DNA of 64,000 nt from Microbotryum violaceum (lineage: Eukaryota), in NCBI GenBank assembly GCA_001244265.2, contig CDLV01000006.1:1240001-1304000 (forward strand). The letters run 5' to 3'. Shown piece after piece: positions 38,570 to 52,249 of the stretch (position 1 is the stretch's first letter; the number at the start of each line of letters is the position of its first letter). The notes below the pieces were generated by a model, which did no database searches, was not told the origin of the DNA, and saw only the letters and a program-made list of their open reading frames with translations. The position numbers were made by a program, and so were the translations under genes.

Positions 38570-41500
38570 ATGTCGGGGATCTATACGGGTACGTAGTCCC
38601 CTGTGCGATAGGGAAGTGTACTGGGGTGCAAGCCCACACGCGGCAACTGCTCCGTCAGTCTAACGTCTTGGAACGTCTTGGATTCGGTCTCGAAACGTCG
38701 GAGACACCTGCTCGTGGGGGGTCGTGCGCGGCAACGCCGACGAGGGGCGAGCATTAGTAGGCAGCCCTTCGGGCGTTGCCAGTAGCTTATCTCGAGACTG
38801 CACTCGTGTTCCTGTTGCTTTCGGTTGGCTGTATTGCATTGCGTGTGCCCATGTGATCTGTCCGCATGCGCGTACCCCGCGTCGCAGTGTGCCCGTAACT
38901 AACACGTCTGGGGTGGCGCCCGACTCCGCAGAGCCTCAGTATGTGTTAGGCGAGCCGGCGACGGCGATCCTGTCCGACACGCGTCAGACCAGCCTCACCC
39001 CGGCCGCTCTGGCCATCATCAACTACACTCTCGATGAGCTCTTGCAGCTCTGGGTCCATGCCGCGCTTACTCAATCTCTCTCGACACCGACCACCTCAAT
39101 CACCTCGGGCGCCCCGCCGACGAGCGCGCCTTCCAGGTCGGGCCCAAGCCCGCTCGGACCTTCGGATGCTTTCACCACCGAGAGACTCAAAATCGGCGTC
39201 ATTCGCGTCCTCGGACCTTTGGGCAAGAACAGCGTGCTTGAGGCCGAGCTGGCCGTTCGCGAGTTGCTGAGGATGAGCGCCCCGAGCCTTCGAGCCGATC
39301 CGGCACTGCGCACGGCCCAGCCAACGATTGCTTCGAGTGCATCGTCAAGGGACGCAGTTTCGGCTCAACAAATTGTAAATCAAGCTGACACAATATTCCG
39401 TGCCCTGAGGGACTGGCTGATGAGCATCTCGGGACTTGGGGGTGAGTCAGAAGGCACGAATATTTGCTAGTACAGAGCATTGTGCGATACTGACTCCTGT
39501 TGGATCCCAGCTGCTTGTCCAAATGGTGGTCCCACCAAGCTTGGCAATCATCTTCGTGCGCTTTCTCCATCTCCGCCTCCTCCCGAGAACGGTAAGTCGC
39601 TCATTCACTGAAAATGCACTCGGCTCGGAAGAACCGCTTACGTTCGGCCGATAACACCCCACACCACCAAGATTCTCCTCATCTCACGTTCATGCTCGTA
39701 CTTTATGCCGAGAGGTGTCTTTTTCATGTCGCCGAGCATTTGATCCGAGCTGTAGGACAAGTCAACCAGCGTGGGCTTTCGGAGGCCGTCGATCTACGGG
39801 ACGTGGAGCTGGCCTTTGCAGAGGACGATTTGATTTGGTCCTGGCTGAGGGGGATGCGGATCCGTGGGCATCTTGAGGCCGAAGTTGCGGCGTCAAAGTC
39901 GATCGACTCGCCGACTAATCTGTCTCGAAACCCCAAACTCACAAGCTCGCCGAAGCTGGGCCGGCCGTCCAGCCTCCATCGGTCAAGCTACGATTCGAAA
40001 ATCGGGTCCATCTCAAGCGTCAAGGGCGATGGCCTGCCCAGTCCCACTCTGGCGGTAGATTCGGTCAGCCCCCTCCATTTCGTAGCTGATTCAGGCACGA
40101 AGCTGACGACGAGATTTCCTGTTCAGCAGACTCTGGACGACTTCGAGTCACTGCTGCAAGACAATCGCACGATGAAGTTGTCCTTGACCCCCGACCGGCT
40201 GCGGACGATGGAACGACTCGTAGATTCAGGGCGAAACCAACTGAACGGCTCAGGTGTTGATGCGTCAGGGGAGTCTGCGCTCTCTCGAGTCAGCATCAAC
40301 TCGACCGCTACTCCAATCCCAATCAAGCGGCTCCAGGCTCGATCCCCACGACCGCCCGATGAGCTCGAAGTGCTTCAAGAGGATCCACTCATCGACATCC
40401 TCAACTCGCCCCCGCCCTGGGGCAGGCAGTCATCGAAGGGGAACAACCCTACCGGCGCCGGATCTAGCTCGGTTCCCATGAGAGTACAAGACTCGCAAAG
40501 TTCGAACGCCAGGTCCGACATCGAGCCCGTCGTGATTGAAGGTCCGAACGGGCGAATGAGAGGAATAAGGGCCAAAGACGAGCGCGAGGATCTCATATCC
40601 GAACGTCAAGTCAATAACGATTTGGTCGACTTCTTCAGCGCGCCTCCGCCTAGACTTTCGGACACGCAGAGCATTGCCTCGGCCGCCCCTTCGTACGCCA
40701 CAGATGCACCGTCGGCCTTACCGGCTACTGTCACAAATCGCATTGGCGACGCTCCATCCCCGCCTAGTCCCATCAAGAAGCGTGGCGGATTTCGGACGCT
40801 CTTCAGTAAATCCAAAGTGGCTGCTTCGAACTCGGAGGAAAGCCTGTCGACGACCAGAACGTCGACCGATGCTGCCGCCTCGTCGTCGCCGAACAGCAAG
40901 AACCAATCGTTCCAATCAAGGAATCTCAAACCTTCTGCCGAGATGGTGTCGGCAGCGGCTTTACTGGCGGCGGGCTTTTCGGAAACGGCCGTTCGTCAAG
41001 TCGCACAACCCATGCAGCGCCTCTCTTCTCTGGATCGACAAGCCTCAGCTGGATACAGCGGCTCGGAGATGGCAAGTGCTACGACGTCAGCCGTCTCGCA
41101 AGCGCAGATGCAGCGAAATCGAAGTGAATCTACGGAGCCTCCGACAAAGCCTTCCCCGCGTCTTCCCCCAGGCCTTAGTGAGGAACCGGTTTCATACCAG
41201 ACCATCGTACCTTCGCGTGAAACGGCGCCTTCTTTCCGCTCTCGTGGATCGATTTTCTCGCCGCAGGTCGTTGACGGTACGAGCTCTCCTCAAACGTCGC
41301 GGTCACGAGCCCCATCCCATGACGCCACTTCTGCTACCGACTCCATGGCTGGAGAGCACTTAAGCGCAACTCGTGGGATAAGCAATACTGCTGATTGCGT
41401 CTTGTTGGGGGCTGCATCTGCGGGCACCGCGGGCTTAGCCCCTGCTCACCACGAGAAGAGTCGCTCGTGGGAACCTACGGCTGGGACGGTGGCGACGCAG

Positions 41501-42154
41501 ACCGATCGGATATCGACAACCGATGCTTCAGCTTCCCCGGTCACCTATCACGACGATGCGGTCTCGTGGAAGCGAGATGACTTGGTCGACTTGCGTCAAC
41601 GGATGGCAGCTGCTTCTACCAAGGACGAGGCGCTCGAACTCTTTGATCAACAGTTCGGCACTGGAAACACCGCTACTGTCGAGTCTGCGGCACTGGTCAC
41701 GAATGGAAAGGTGTCGAACAGGTTGAGCGGTCTCGTAGGTGCGGCTGTGATGGCCCCTTTGGCCGCGGTTGCGGCTGCTGGGGCCACCCTCTTCGGCAAG
41801 AACCATGACTCGACATCCAAGGTTAAGCCAGCGGAATTGAGTCCAGCGCCTGATGCCGGCGAGTCGCACTTGACACCGGATCAGGCCGAATACGACGAGC
41901 GTGTTCAAGCCGCCATGTTTGACTACTTCCTCTCCGGTGGACAGCCCGCATACGAACCCAACCCTCAGCATGATCAGAAAGCGGGAGTAGGGGCGGTGGC
42001 GGATGATTCTGAATCCGAAGCCTCCGAAGAAGTCGATCCCGCACCGCCGGTCGGTGGACAGTCGACTGAGATCGAGGGCTTGGCGGAAAAGCATCGCAAG
42101 ACTGGTGGATTCGAACCCCCAGTGGAACCATCTCAGGCAGGCCTCATTGTCTGA
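38570..42154 (+). CDS. Hypothetical protein with putative N-terminal tandem histone fold and a long Ser/Pro-rich tail
   Basis: Exons joining ORFs 38724-39470 and 39614-42154. H2B-like and H2A-like helical patterns seen by eye. Start exon MSGIYT inferred. Confidence 0.7.
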
Positions 42155-42430
42155 TCACGGAATTGTCGTGTCAAGGAACGCGGCAGGCGGGGAATTGTAG
42201 GATTCCATTGCAGGCCTCTCTCTCTCTCTCTGTATTTTTCCTTTTCTTTGGTCCAGCAGTGATTATTTGGGGCTATCTGTAGTTTCGCCTTTCTCTCTCT
42301 AGAACACTCTGGTCATTTAGAATCTCAGTTCGACGACGCGACTCGAAATATCTTCCGTTCTGAACAAGCACATGCTTCCCAAACGAAAAAAGTGTGGTCA
42401 TTATATATCACAGTACTTCAAAAGAAGCCA

Positions 42431-44026
42431 CTACTCCTCCATAGCATCATCATCATCGTCATCGACCCACTCGTTGCCTTCCTCCTCTGGTCCTGCGCTC
42501 GCGACGATCCCGCTTTGGATCAGTTGGGCCAACAACTCCTCTACATGCTTCAACTGCTCGGGATCCGAGCCTGCTGGATCCCTTTCGTCTAGCTGGGAGA
42601 CGTTCATAGAGCGGAGCGAACTTGAGCTCTAATAAGACTTCCCCGATACCCGACAGAAAGCCCGAGAGAAACTGACCTTTAAATAATTCTCCATGCACAA
42701 CCTCGCCTCACTCCAACACTCCTCTTTACTCTCCACCGCTTCCTCCCCTTCTATTGTCCCCACCGCACCATCACCCTTGTTCGCACCCTCTTCCCTCGAA
42801 GAACCTAATAACCACCAACTCCACCCACTCAGATACCACACTTCGGGATCCTCGTCATCCTCCATCTCCAACCGCTGCAAAACCTCTAACGCATCGCTGA
42901 AACGCTGCAGTTCCAAGAGGAGTTGGGCCAGGGCTAGTCGGGATGAAGAAGTGGGGTATGAAGGTGATGCGGCATCGAGGTTGCGCCAGAGCGACCAGGA
43001 TTGGGTCGCTGCTTCGGAGGCGTCGAGGGGTCGTTGTTGGGAGAGGCGCACGGAGGCGAGGGTCTGGTGGGGATATGTCGGGGAGAGGTCAGTAGTAGCT
43101 CAATCTAAGAACAGGATTGTAGCCACAGATAGATATGGGGACTGACTTGGAACACCTCTGGATCTGTGGGGTCGATTTGTGCGGCTTGAGCGAGGTACTG
43201 TTCACATCTTGCTTCGGCGTCGGGTTCGAAGCTATGATGTGGAGTTGGGGTCAGCTCGGTGCATTTTGTCGGATGAGAAGCCTTCAATCCTCGGGGCGTG
43301 CGAAGGGAAAGCACCAAACTCAAACTTCAAATGTCCGAGTTTCGGGACATACCATAGATCCGTCAAGTACAACTCGGTCATGCCGACCAAAGCCTTTGAA
43401 GCACTGCGCTTCAGCTCGCTCCTCTCCTCCTCGACGTCCTCGTCCGTCGTCGCTTCCGGTCTTGGTGTTTCCAACTCGACTAGTTTGGCCTGGATAATCT
43501 CGAGGGCTTGGTTGAAGTGTTGAAGCGAGTCTTGTGGGGATGATAGCTGGGCGAGGTATAGATGAGGCGCCGGAGATGGGTTCGGCAACGTTTTCGACAC
43601 GGAGAGCGAGGATAGAAAGTGCTTTTGGGGAGCAGGCGAGCGTGGCCGAGCATGCAGGGTGAGCACTCCTCTCAATTGAGGATACCATTACGAATCCATA
43701 CACACCTGCCTAGCGACCTGCACCTCGCCTAACTCCAACTCGACCGTTCCAAGAATCTCGAAAGCATCCCTCAGCAGCTGCCCCGCCGCAAGATCCCCCT
43801 CACTTTGAACAGTCTGGAAAACATCAATAGCTGTCGAACATGTCGAACGTGCGGAGGGATAGTCCTGGTGTGCGATCGAGGTCGCGGCCTGCACGAGAAG
43901 GGCTTGGACTTGGGCGATCACGGCGTCTACCGTCGGAGCCTCGGCGGGGACGACGGGCGCTGTAGCTCCGGTAGCGATGGCCTTGGGGTTGTTTTTTGTC
44001 CGCGACTTGTTCTTCGTTCGGCCCAT
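42431..44026 (-). CDS. ACL4: Assembly chaperone of Rpl4 (TPR protein)
   Basis: MGRTK.., HLYLAQLS, MTELYLTDL/CFEPDAEARCEQYL, TLASVRLSQQR, DPEVWYLSGW; acidic C-terminus ending DAMEE*. Confidence 0.85.
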
Positions 44027-44663
44027 CCTGTAGTGCGACGAGAGATTGGTGACTGAATAAAGCTCCGGCGTGACAACCGCGAGAGTTTGGGAAGGGTGTG
44101 GGCACGTGAGGGTCTGTGTGGGTGCGAAGACCAGCGGCGCACGGACCTCTCGCGGGCGGGCAGTCGAACATGGGCACGGCAGCTCCTCGTGCAGGGGGAA
44201 GGGGAACAGATAGTACACTGCAAGCTGCGAGCGCAGACAAAGGGAGAAGGAAACAAATAGAGAGAGGAGAGAGAGAGAGAGAGAAAGAAGCTCCAAACGA
44301 AGGGAGGAAAGGACCTCCCCCGATCCAGGAGGTAAACGGAAGAACAGGGGGAGGTGGAAAGCTGAAGCCAAGAAGAAAGGGATGAAGTTTGGGGAGCGTG
44401 AGGGAGAGGAAATGTAACTCAGTTGTGAGTGGTGGTGGTGGTGGTGGCGGGGGTGGTGGTGGGGAGGGGGGTAGTAAGGGACGACAGTATCATTCGAGTC
44501 AGGCATAAAACACCTTTATCCGAGGCACAAAAAAAAACGAAAATGCCCCCCACCGTTGAGCAGGGACACATCCTCCGCAGGCAATCACAACAGCAAGCTT
44601 TTGTACCCATTTCCTAATCGAGTCTGCAAATACTGCCTTCTCGCCTCGCACATGTTGTTCCAT

Positions 44664-46597
44664 TTAGTTCTTCTTCTTGAACTCGGCGATGTTGCGAGTC
44701 GGCACCGCCGCGACCTTCTTGGCTGCTACCAGAGCGTTTTTCTTGGCCGCCTGTTGGTTGTACGTCTTCTTGTAGAAAGCCTGTGACGTTATTCGAGAGA
44801 CATCAGACATGGCCGGCCTTGTATCGCAAAACAAACCACGCTTACGATGAACAGGAACAAGTAGCTGGTGAGGAGACCGCAGCCCAACGCGGCGGCACCT
44901 TCTGTACCGGCGCACGAGCCATAAGTAGGGAGCGAAGGGAAGTACTCGGCCGTGAAGTAGGAGTAGGCTTGAGGAGGTGGGGATACGGAATCAGCTCTCA
45001 AGATCGCCGTTGAAAGCACTCGTCAAGCGAGGTGCAGGCTCACAAGCAAAGTAGACGACAAATAAATCGACGATGAATTGAGTGATCTGGAGCGTCGTCA
45101 AGTACTTCTTCCACCAGATCTTGTAGCCGGCCGCAGTCATGAGGTAGTAGTAGTACCTGTGCACGCGCGAGACAAAGTTTTCGACGTTAGTTGCACGTTC
45201 GCTCGGCGGTGTTGAGCAAGCCTCCATACTTGCGACTCACATCAAGACATGGACGGTCAAGTTGGCAGCGATGGGGACCCACGAGACCGAAGTTCGGCCG
45301 TTGAGTTGGGTGTAGCACAGGGCGGCGGTGGCGGTGTGGTGGAAGACGTGGAGGAACTGGAGCGGCTTCTTCTTGACGACGAGGAAGACCGTGTCGGCGA
45401 GTTCCCAGTCTGGTAGTGGTTGAGTGTCACGAGATTAATGCTACGTTCGATTAGTTCGTGAAAGTGTACAGAGTATGAAAGACTCACACTTGAACTGTGT
45501 ACACGAGGCCAAGGGGAACGGGGCAAGCGCACCTGATTAGCAGCGGCCCAAACACACATAATGCTCAGGTGGAGATGTCGCCAAGCTTACGAGGTAATTG
45601 ATGATGTAGTAGGTCTCGAGCCTAGAGGTCCACGCCGAGGTGTGGCAGATGGCGTAGAAGAACCCGTGTTGGTAGAGAATGGGGAGAACCTGTTGAATCG
45701 GGCGAAGATGGGCGCAACGATCGTCAGGGTCCGAGTCCGATTTGTCAGGCACGTCGCCTTTCAGGGAGCGGCACTGACCTCCTCCAACATCAACGCAAGC
45801 ACGAGACCCGAGCCGGCCGAAAGCAAAAAGTTGTGGAGCATAAAGAGCGACTTGAACTCTGCATGGTCGAGCGAGGTGCATGGTCAGCGGTGTGGATCGA
45901 ATCGCGGATCGCAAGTGCAGATATGCATGGCGGGCAGTCCTATGGACGCGTCGAAGAGCGACGATCGCTCCGCCCCACGCCCCACGCCAAGACACGCAGG
46001 GTCCGCCGTCGTCGTGCGTGGTCGACAGGCTGTCGTCGCCTCGGCCGCGATCCATAATCTCGGAGGGTCCGAGAACAGAACCCACGGCCCATGTCCCGGT
46101 CTTGCAGATCGTCTGGGTATCTACTATCGTCTTGGCTGCGTGCATGCATGCAGCGCCTGGCGGCCCGATGCCCCGGCCAAAATTTGGCTGGCTGGCTGGC
46201 CGTTCGGGACGGTGTGGTGGCCCTGTGGGTTGCTGCTATCTCTTTCGCGCGAGTGGCGGCCCAACCGATCGAGTCGAGTGCGCTCCTCGCCGATCCGATG
46301 AGACAGGACACGCCGCCCTAGACGCCCACAAAGCTCCGCAGTACACGACCACAACAGAACACGGGAAGCAGGACCTCACGACTCACGGAACGCCTTGCGG
46401 TCCTGCATGAGGTACTGCCCACCAAAGATGACGGCGAGATACACCGCGAGCGCCGACACGACCTCGGTATTTGTCGACAAGGGCGAGACTCCGACGGTCC
46501 ACTGCAGCATCGACGACGGCAGCAACGGCAGCGGCAACGCGTCGACGAACGAGCGCACCGGACCCGCCGACGAGGCGAACAAGGACGAGGACACCAT
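44664..46597 (-). CDS. Fatty acid elongase (GNS1/SUR4, ELO family)
   Basis: [35 protein letters not shown] (HxxHH), [33 protein letters not shown]-terminal KKKN ER-retrieval motif. Confidence 0.95.
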
Positions 46598-47069
46598 GGT
46601 TGCTTGCTGTGAAGGGGAGGGGCTACGAGGGGTTTCCTGATTTTCGGCACGAGGATTGAGCAACGAGGTCGTACACGTGCGGAGGCGAGGGGCAGCTGGG
46701 AAGCACAAGCTGGGAGGGGAGGCCTGCGTGTCGACGCGCTTCGGTCCAGTTCGGTCCACGCCCGCCCTCGCCCGCCCGAGTTTGAGCAGGTTTGAGCGCG
46801 GCTGCTTGGCGCAGGCGTGGGCGTAAGCGTGTCTTTGCAACACGCCGCCGGACACTTTAGCCAGACCCAGCCAGCCAGTTTTTCCTGCGAAACATGCATC
46901 CAACCCGAGGCCGAGCTTTCAGCCTATCGCCGGTCACGCTATAACCGAGGCACGCAAATTTCAAATCAAGGCGATGCTTCAGGCAACGCCCAGGAAAGCT
47001 TTTCGGATGCTACCCGCAATGAACTTGATGTGATCCAGACCGACGCCTCCTATACAAAGCAAAAGCAAA

Positions 47070-47119
47070 ACCATAAACTATCCGCTTTCCAATCACCATA
47101 AACTATCCGCTTTCCAATC
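47070..47119. repeat. Perfect 25-bp tandem duplication
   Basis: ACCATAAACTATCCGCTTTCCAATC twice (47070-47094 and 47095-47119). Confidence 0.95.
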
Positions 47120-48705
47120 TGCCGATGATCCCTTTTTCTTTTCATTTCTTAATCCATGGATTGACCATTCAGCGACGACGACGATGGTGGTACGACGAGG
47201 TTATTTATGTGCAAGGGGGCTTGAGCGCGGCGGGGTCAGTTTAGTAGGCTGCCCCTGGCTCTCTTGGCTCCTCACTACATAGCCTCACTCCTCGCTCATC
47301 TCCAGACGTCCAGACTCCCACCCCGACTCTCTGTCGTCAATCACCACTCGTCACTTTTTTTGTCATTGCTTGCACGAGACGCTGGACAGCACATACCAAT
47401 TGGCTCTTTAAGTTCCGGCCGCATCCATTTTCGGGTCTCACTCTGTTCAACGTTACCGTTGTGCCCCCCCCCCCCGGTCGGTGGCTTGGACTCCACCACA
47501 AGAACCGGCAAGTCCCCAGGCAAGCACTCATCGGACATCAAGTGGCTCGTGAGCAGGCTTAATCCTGGTGTGAGCCAGTCGAAAGGATCGACTCCGAAGA
47601 CTATTTCGAGGGCCAAACAGCCAAGATCAAGCAACTAGCGATCCGCAACTTGAAGAATGCTTCTCGTCGTGTGACTATGCGTTCGTCCACGCCCGCTCAA
47701 CTCTCGAAGGGAGTACGAGGACTCCACCCGGCGCTCTTCAGTTCTCGAGCTACTCGACCCAGAGTTGCAGACGAGTCAGCACAAGTTCGACAGCTATCCA
47801 TTCATATCCCTCCCGTCGCGTCGACCGCGGCCCTCACCCTCGAGCGGACATTGATACAAGCCGGCCCGAAGTTAACCGTGGACGTGCTGGGTGTTACACA
47901 TTCGTTTTCCCAGATGTTTGAGTATGTCATGCTTGGGCATGGGCAGGCTTAACTGAGAGTCTGGGTGTCATGATGCCTCTCATTGAACTGAACCAATGTA
48001 CAGTGTCATGCACTGTCATGCACGGTGGTACATGCGCTGGGTACCGGACCCCAAGTAGACCACCACGTTCGACCTCGGCTGTTCAAAGGGTTCGTAGCCG
48101 AGCCGCCGAGACTGCACGGCGGTACATACGGGTGCATAGTCGCTGTTCAAACGGGTGCATCGGTATTTCCGAGTTCTGCTTGACCACGCGTGATGGCTGC
48201 ATTCACCATTGTCGAGTCTTCGGTGTTCGCGCCGTGGTGCTCTCTCTCTCTCGACTCTCGTGTGGGGTCGCTGCGCTCGGCAGCGTAGGCACGCATCGAC
48301 GAGATACATCGACACTGCTCAGATCAGCCGAGATGTCGATCCATCTTTTTGCACTCGCTCGACAATGCTCAGATCTGTCAATTTGATATTAGTTTATGTT
48401 TTTGTCTTGGAACGAATGAGTCGATCATCAACGAGCGGGAGAAGATTCTCCCCCCAAAGTGCGGTAATTGTCGATCTTGGGGGAGGAGCGAATCGAGTGC
48501 TTCCCCGAATCACCGTCAACGTACTGGGTAAAAGGCAAAGTGGGTAATTCGCATCAGGTAAACTTATGATTGACATGCTCATCTACAACGCTCGGCGCTG
48601 GGCGACGATACACACTCGCGAGACTTGACGGATCGCTGCGAAACAGAGTCTGAGATTGCCTGTTCTACACGATCGTACAACACATTCGGGCCAATGAGAC
48701 ACAGC

Positions 48706-51700
48706 TCATTCGGTTACATAGTTCGCACGGGCCGGATCGAGACCCTGGCCAGAATTGTTGGCTACAGCAGCAGGTGTTGCGGCCGCCGACCAGGTCTTCC
48801 CCATCAGATCGAGTGGATCGAACCCTGCTCGGAAAGAAATCGTCCTCGATAAGGAGTATAGAGAGAAAGACGCGAAAACTAACTCACCAGATCCCAAGAA
48901 AACATTCAGATACTCGGCAGGCAGCGCGTCCCTCGATGCGGCACCGAGATCATCGAGACCTGCCATCATGTCGAGATCAGGTAGTGATCCAGGGTAGGAA
49001 AGCAGCCCCACGGTGAGATCAAATACACCATGAGGAGGTGGTTGCATGGATTGAGGAGGCGGGAAGGAATGATACATCGAGTGAGGACTCTGCTGGGGTG
49101 ATGCGCCGGTCAAGGAGCTCGTTATCGCCGGTGAAGGCGTGGTCGAGTCAAGGCGCTTCAGAGAGCCTTGTCGATGATTCGACCCTTCCTGGTGCATGTC
49201 CCTTATCCTCTTCAAAGTGGACGTTCCGGAGTGTGCCGAAGGCCGGGGTGATGCTTCGTCTTGCAGTCGTGACTCTTCCGTCAGAAGATCCTCGACCAAA
49301 TCGACGGCCCGACTCGCGGTTGCACTGAGGGATCTCATGCCTCGTAGTACCTCGAGCGCTTGGTGTACTTCTCTTCGTTCCTCTGCCAGTGTCGCTTTGT
49401 CGGAACCCCTCTGAAAAAGGTCCAGACAAACGAATGATGCCGCAGAACCGATGCTGCAGAGGGGGAGAGTACCACACATCAGTTTGAGAGTACTTAACAC
49501 ATCGCGCGTCCGCAGATCTTGACTCACTGATAAGGCAACGTCCACAACCTTGTGTCACCACAATTCAGAGATTCGCGCAAGATTGCACGTGATGTCTCTA
49601 ACTCTCGGATTCGACTCTTTTCAAATCGTCGCTCACGGACAGCTCGATGCAAGAAGGGACGATGAAGGGCCTGCGGAAAGCCGGAAGCGTCAGCTCCATA
49701 GAACGATCAAAATCTCGGGAAGGACAGGGGGCTGACCAGAATTTTGTGTAGAGAGCCGATAAAGAAAGCGTTGCGCGCCCACGGCAGAATGTCGTTATGC
49801 ACCCAGGCAGGTGGATGGTCAATGATCGACTGTATGTCACGATCAAGCTCGAGCACGTAGTCGTACGACATTTTGGCGCTGTCATCGATGCGCGCAAATA
49901 TCGCCTGGATGAGGATCGCCAGGCGAACAAATACGAGACCGTTCGAAGTAGGGGTGAACTCGTCCACGGGTCGCTCGATAAGATTGCCGGAGCTAAGATC
50001 TTGATCTCGCACATTGAGGGGTAAAGGAGTGGTCATCTGACTCGGTTGCGCCGTCGTCGTTCTTCGGTACGATATGTTGAACCAGTCCTGCGATGCGAGC
50101 GCCCACCAAATGCGTTTGTTCGTCTCGTACTCGACGAGGCGCTTTGCTCGGTCCGCCGGCTGCAAGGCAGAGTGGTTCGCCTCCCATGCTACGCGGGAAG
50201 GCAATCGATGAAGACCCAGGCCCTGAGCGGTCGCGATACCGACGTTCAACAACGTTGGGAAGAGGGCTGTCGAGCCTCCATCTTGACAGGTGATGACCAG
50301 GAGCGCGATCGTCTGCACGGCGTAGAGATGGGGGACCTCTATAAAGTTGGAGTGATAAAGTGCGGCAAGCGAGGCAACAAGCAACGTTTCCGGAAGCTGC
50401 TTCGCGTCCGTCTCGCTCAGCCCGTCGGTGCCGAGCGTGCTCAGGAGTTCGCCCGTCATATGTCGGACCCCGCATCGCAGCTGAGCAAAGAAGAGCGCTA
50501 GCCATGCCGGATGTGTCACCTCCACCCTCTGATCGCCGGCTTCCCAGAATTGGGTGACTTCGTTCATAAAGCCAGGTACAAAGACGACGCCATGATACCA
50601 GCCCATCCACTCTAGTGAGTGCCGGAGGATCGCCATAGTATCGTTGCCAGGCGGGATTACTCCAGTCAGGGATCGGATCGTTGGGAAAACATCAATCGGG
50701 TTTCGGGGCAGGCACGTGGGGTCGAACCCTTGTGGATACGATGGGATGAAATCGAGATGTCCGTATCGTCCTGTAAAACATGTAAAGTGGTCAGTCCTTA
50801 TGGAGCTGCCCTTGTGAAGCTGCCCTTGCACTTGGAGCACGAGCTCTGGTCCGAACTGAGATTAAACTGACCCGTGAGGGGGCCGTTAGGCTTGGAGGTG
50901 CCAGGTTCCGGCCCAATGCCTTTTGCAGTGATAGCTTATGGTCAATTTCGCCGCTATTTCGTCCAGATGACACTACCACTAACCATGAACTCCAGCGACA
51001 AGCTCGCGGCAACCTCCTCTTCCCGCAATTCCGATAAATCTTCGCCGGGTTCGTCCTCATCCTCGTCTTCCTCTCGTTCCCGGAGCTCGCTCTCTTGTGG
51101 TGATGATGTGGATGGTTTCGGTGGGACGCCGTGAAATTCTTTCTTTCCATTTGGCCGCGCTGATTCGTGCTGCGGCGCAAATCCATGCCAGGGTGCACGT
51201 TTCGAGGTGGATGAGGTGCTGTCGACTCGGAGCTCGTCTTCACCCTCACGGAAGCCGGATGTAAGAGGACCGATGTCCAAATCGTCCCTTAGGGTTCCAT
51301 CCTTTCGGGCGTCTTTGAGTTTTCCGAATGCTTGCAGAAGCAAAGTCTCCAAGCAAGCGACTCTATTTTTGAGGCCGTCAATCGTGGTTCGGACTTGCTC
51401 GACCTCGCGAAAGGCCGTGAAAGCGAGGAGATCGAGGTCGTAGATATTGCTCTCGGCTGGAGAGGCCGCTGCTTGAGCTGTCTGAGCTGACTGGAGATGT
51501 CCCGGTATCCGACAAATGTGGGCTTTGCCTGCAGGCATAGCTCGAGCTTTAGTACTGACGGGCAGGACGGAGTCGCTGGCCACGCAAGGCCGGGGCTGGG
51601 GTACTTACCTCTTTTGACACAGGGCGAGCAAGGTGATTTCTTGTCGCTGTGAGAGATTCCAGCAATCATCGTCGTCAGTCATGCGATTCGCATCAGCCAG

Positions 51701-52008
51701 GGTTATCCGAATCGGCGACCGTCGTCGGAGCCCGGCCGTTGACATCCGATCGTCGACCCGGAACGTACCATCTCGTTTTCTGCGGAGAAAGGCGATATGG
51801 TCAATATACTTGTCGTAAGTGAGCATTATGCCCATGTAACATCGGGCTGAGACCGACACGAGCTGATACGCGACAGGTCACAATCTGGGTCGGGTCACGT
51901 GCAGCGATGACTTACCCGTCGACTACACTCGCTGCAGGCCGTCGTCTGCCTCTGGCTCGATTTGGCGTCCAGCAGCTCCACGGGCATTGGCTTGTCTCTG
52001 GCAGCCAT
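48706..52008 (-). CDS. Zn(II)2Cys6 fungal transcription factor with middle homology region
   Basis: Spliced cluster CSECSRR/KTRC/DKKSPCSPCVKRG/KAHIC, including an 11-nt microexon. Fungal_trans-like AQGLGLHRL..ETNKRIWWALASQDW..PLNVRD. Coiled coil LKNRVACLE. Confidence 0.9.
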
Positions 52009-52249
52009 GGATGCCGGTGGACCGATGCACTTTGTCCGCGGGGGACCTACTACGCGAGATCCGGCCGAGGCCAATCTCCGCGATAAGCACCGGCGCCACA
52101 AGTCCACCACCGCTGCCACCGCTGCAGACCACCCCGCAGACAGCCGGACAACCAGCCGCAAATGCCGAGCCTCGCGAGTCCGACGGTCCGCCGCTGACTC
52201 GACTCGCTTAGTCGCACTCGCATCTACATGCGCCGCTTCGATCAATGTC

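Noticed and set aside
44255-44470. GA and GGT simple repeats and the 272-aa ORF 43688-44506 N-terminal extension
   Set aside because: Low-complexity UTR/intergenic sequence; ACL4 starts at MGRTK (44026).
47150-48600. Possible degraded gene (F-box/LRR-like) between ELO and the TF
   Set aside because: Only short Leu-rich frames; no coherent motif or splice model could be built.
52125-52148. CAGACCACCCCGCAGACAGCCGGA as a degenerate left TIR of the large element
   Set aside because: It loosely resembles the 68-96 TIR but needs several gaps in GC-rich sequence, and it does not match the element's own 58982 end.
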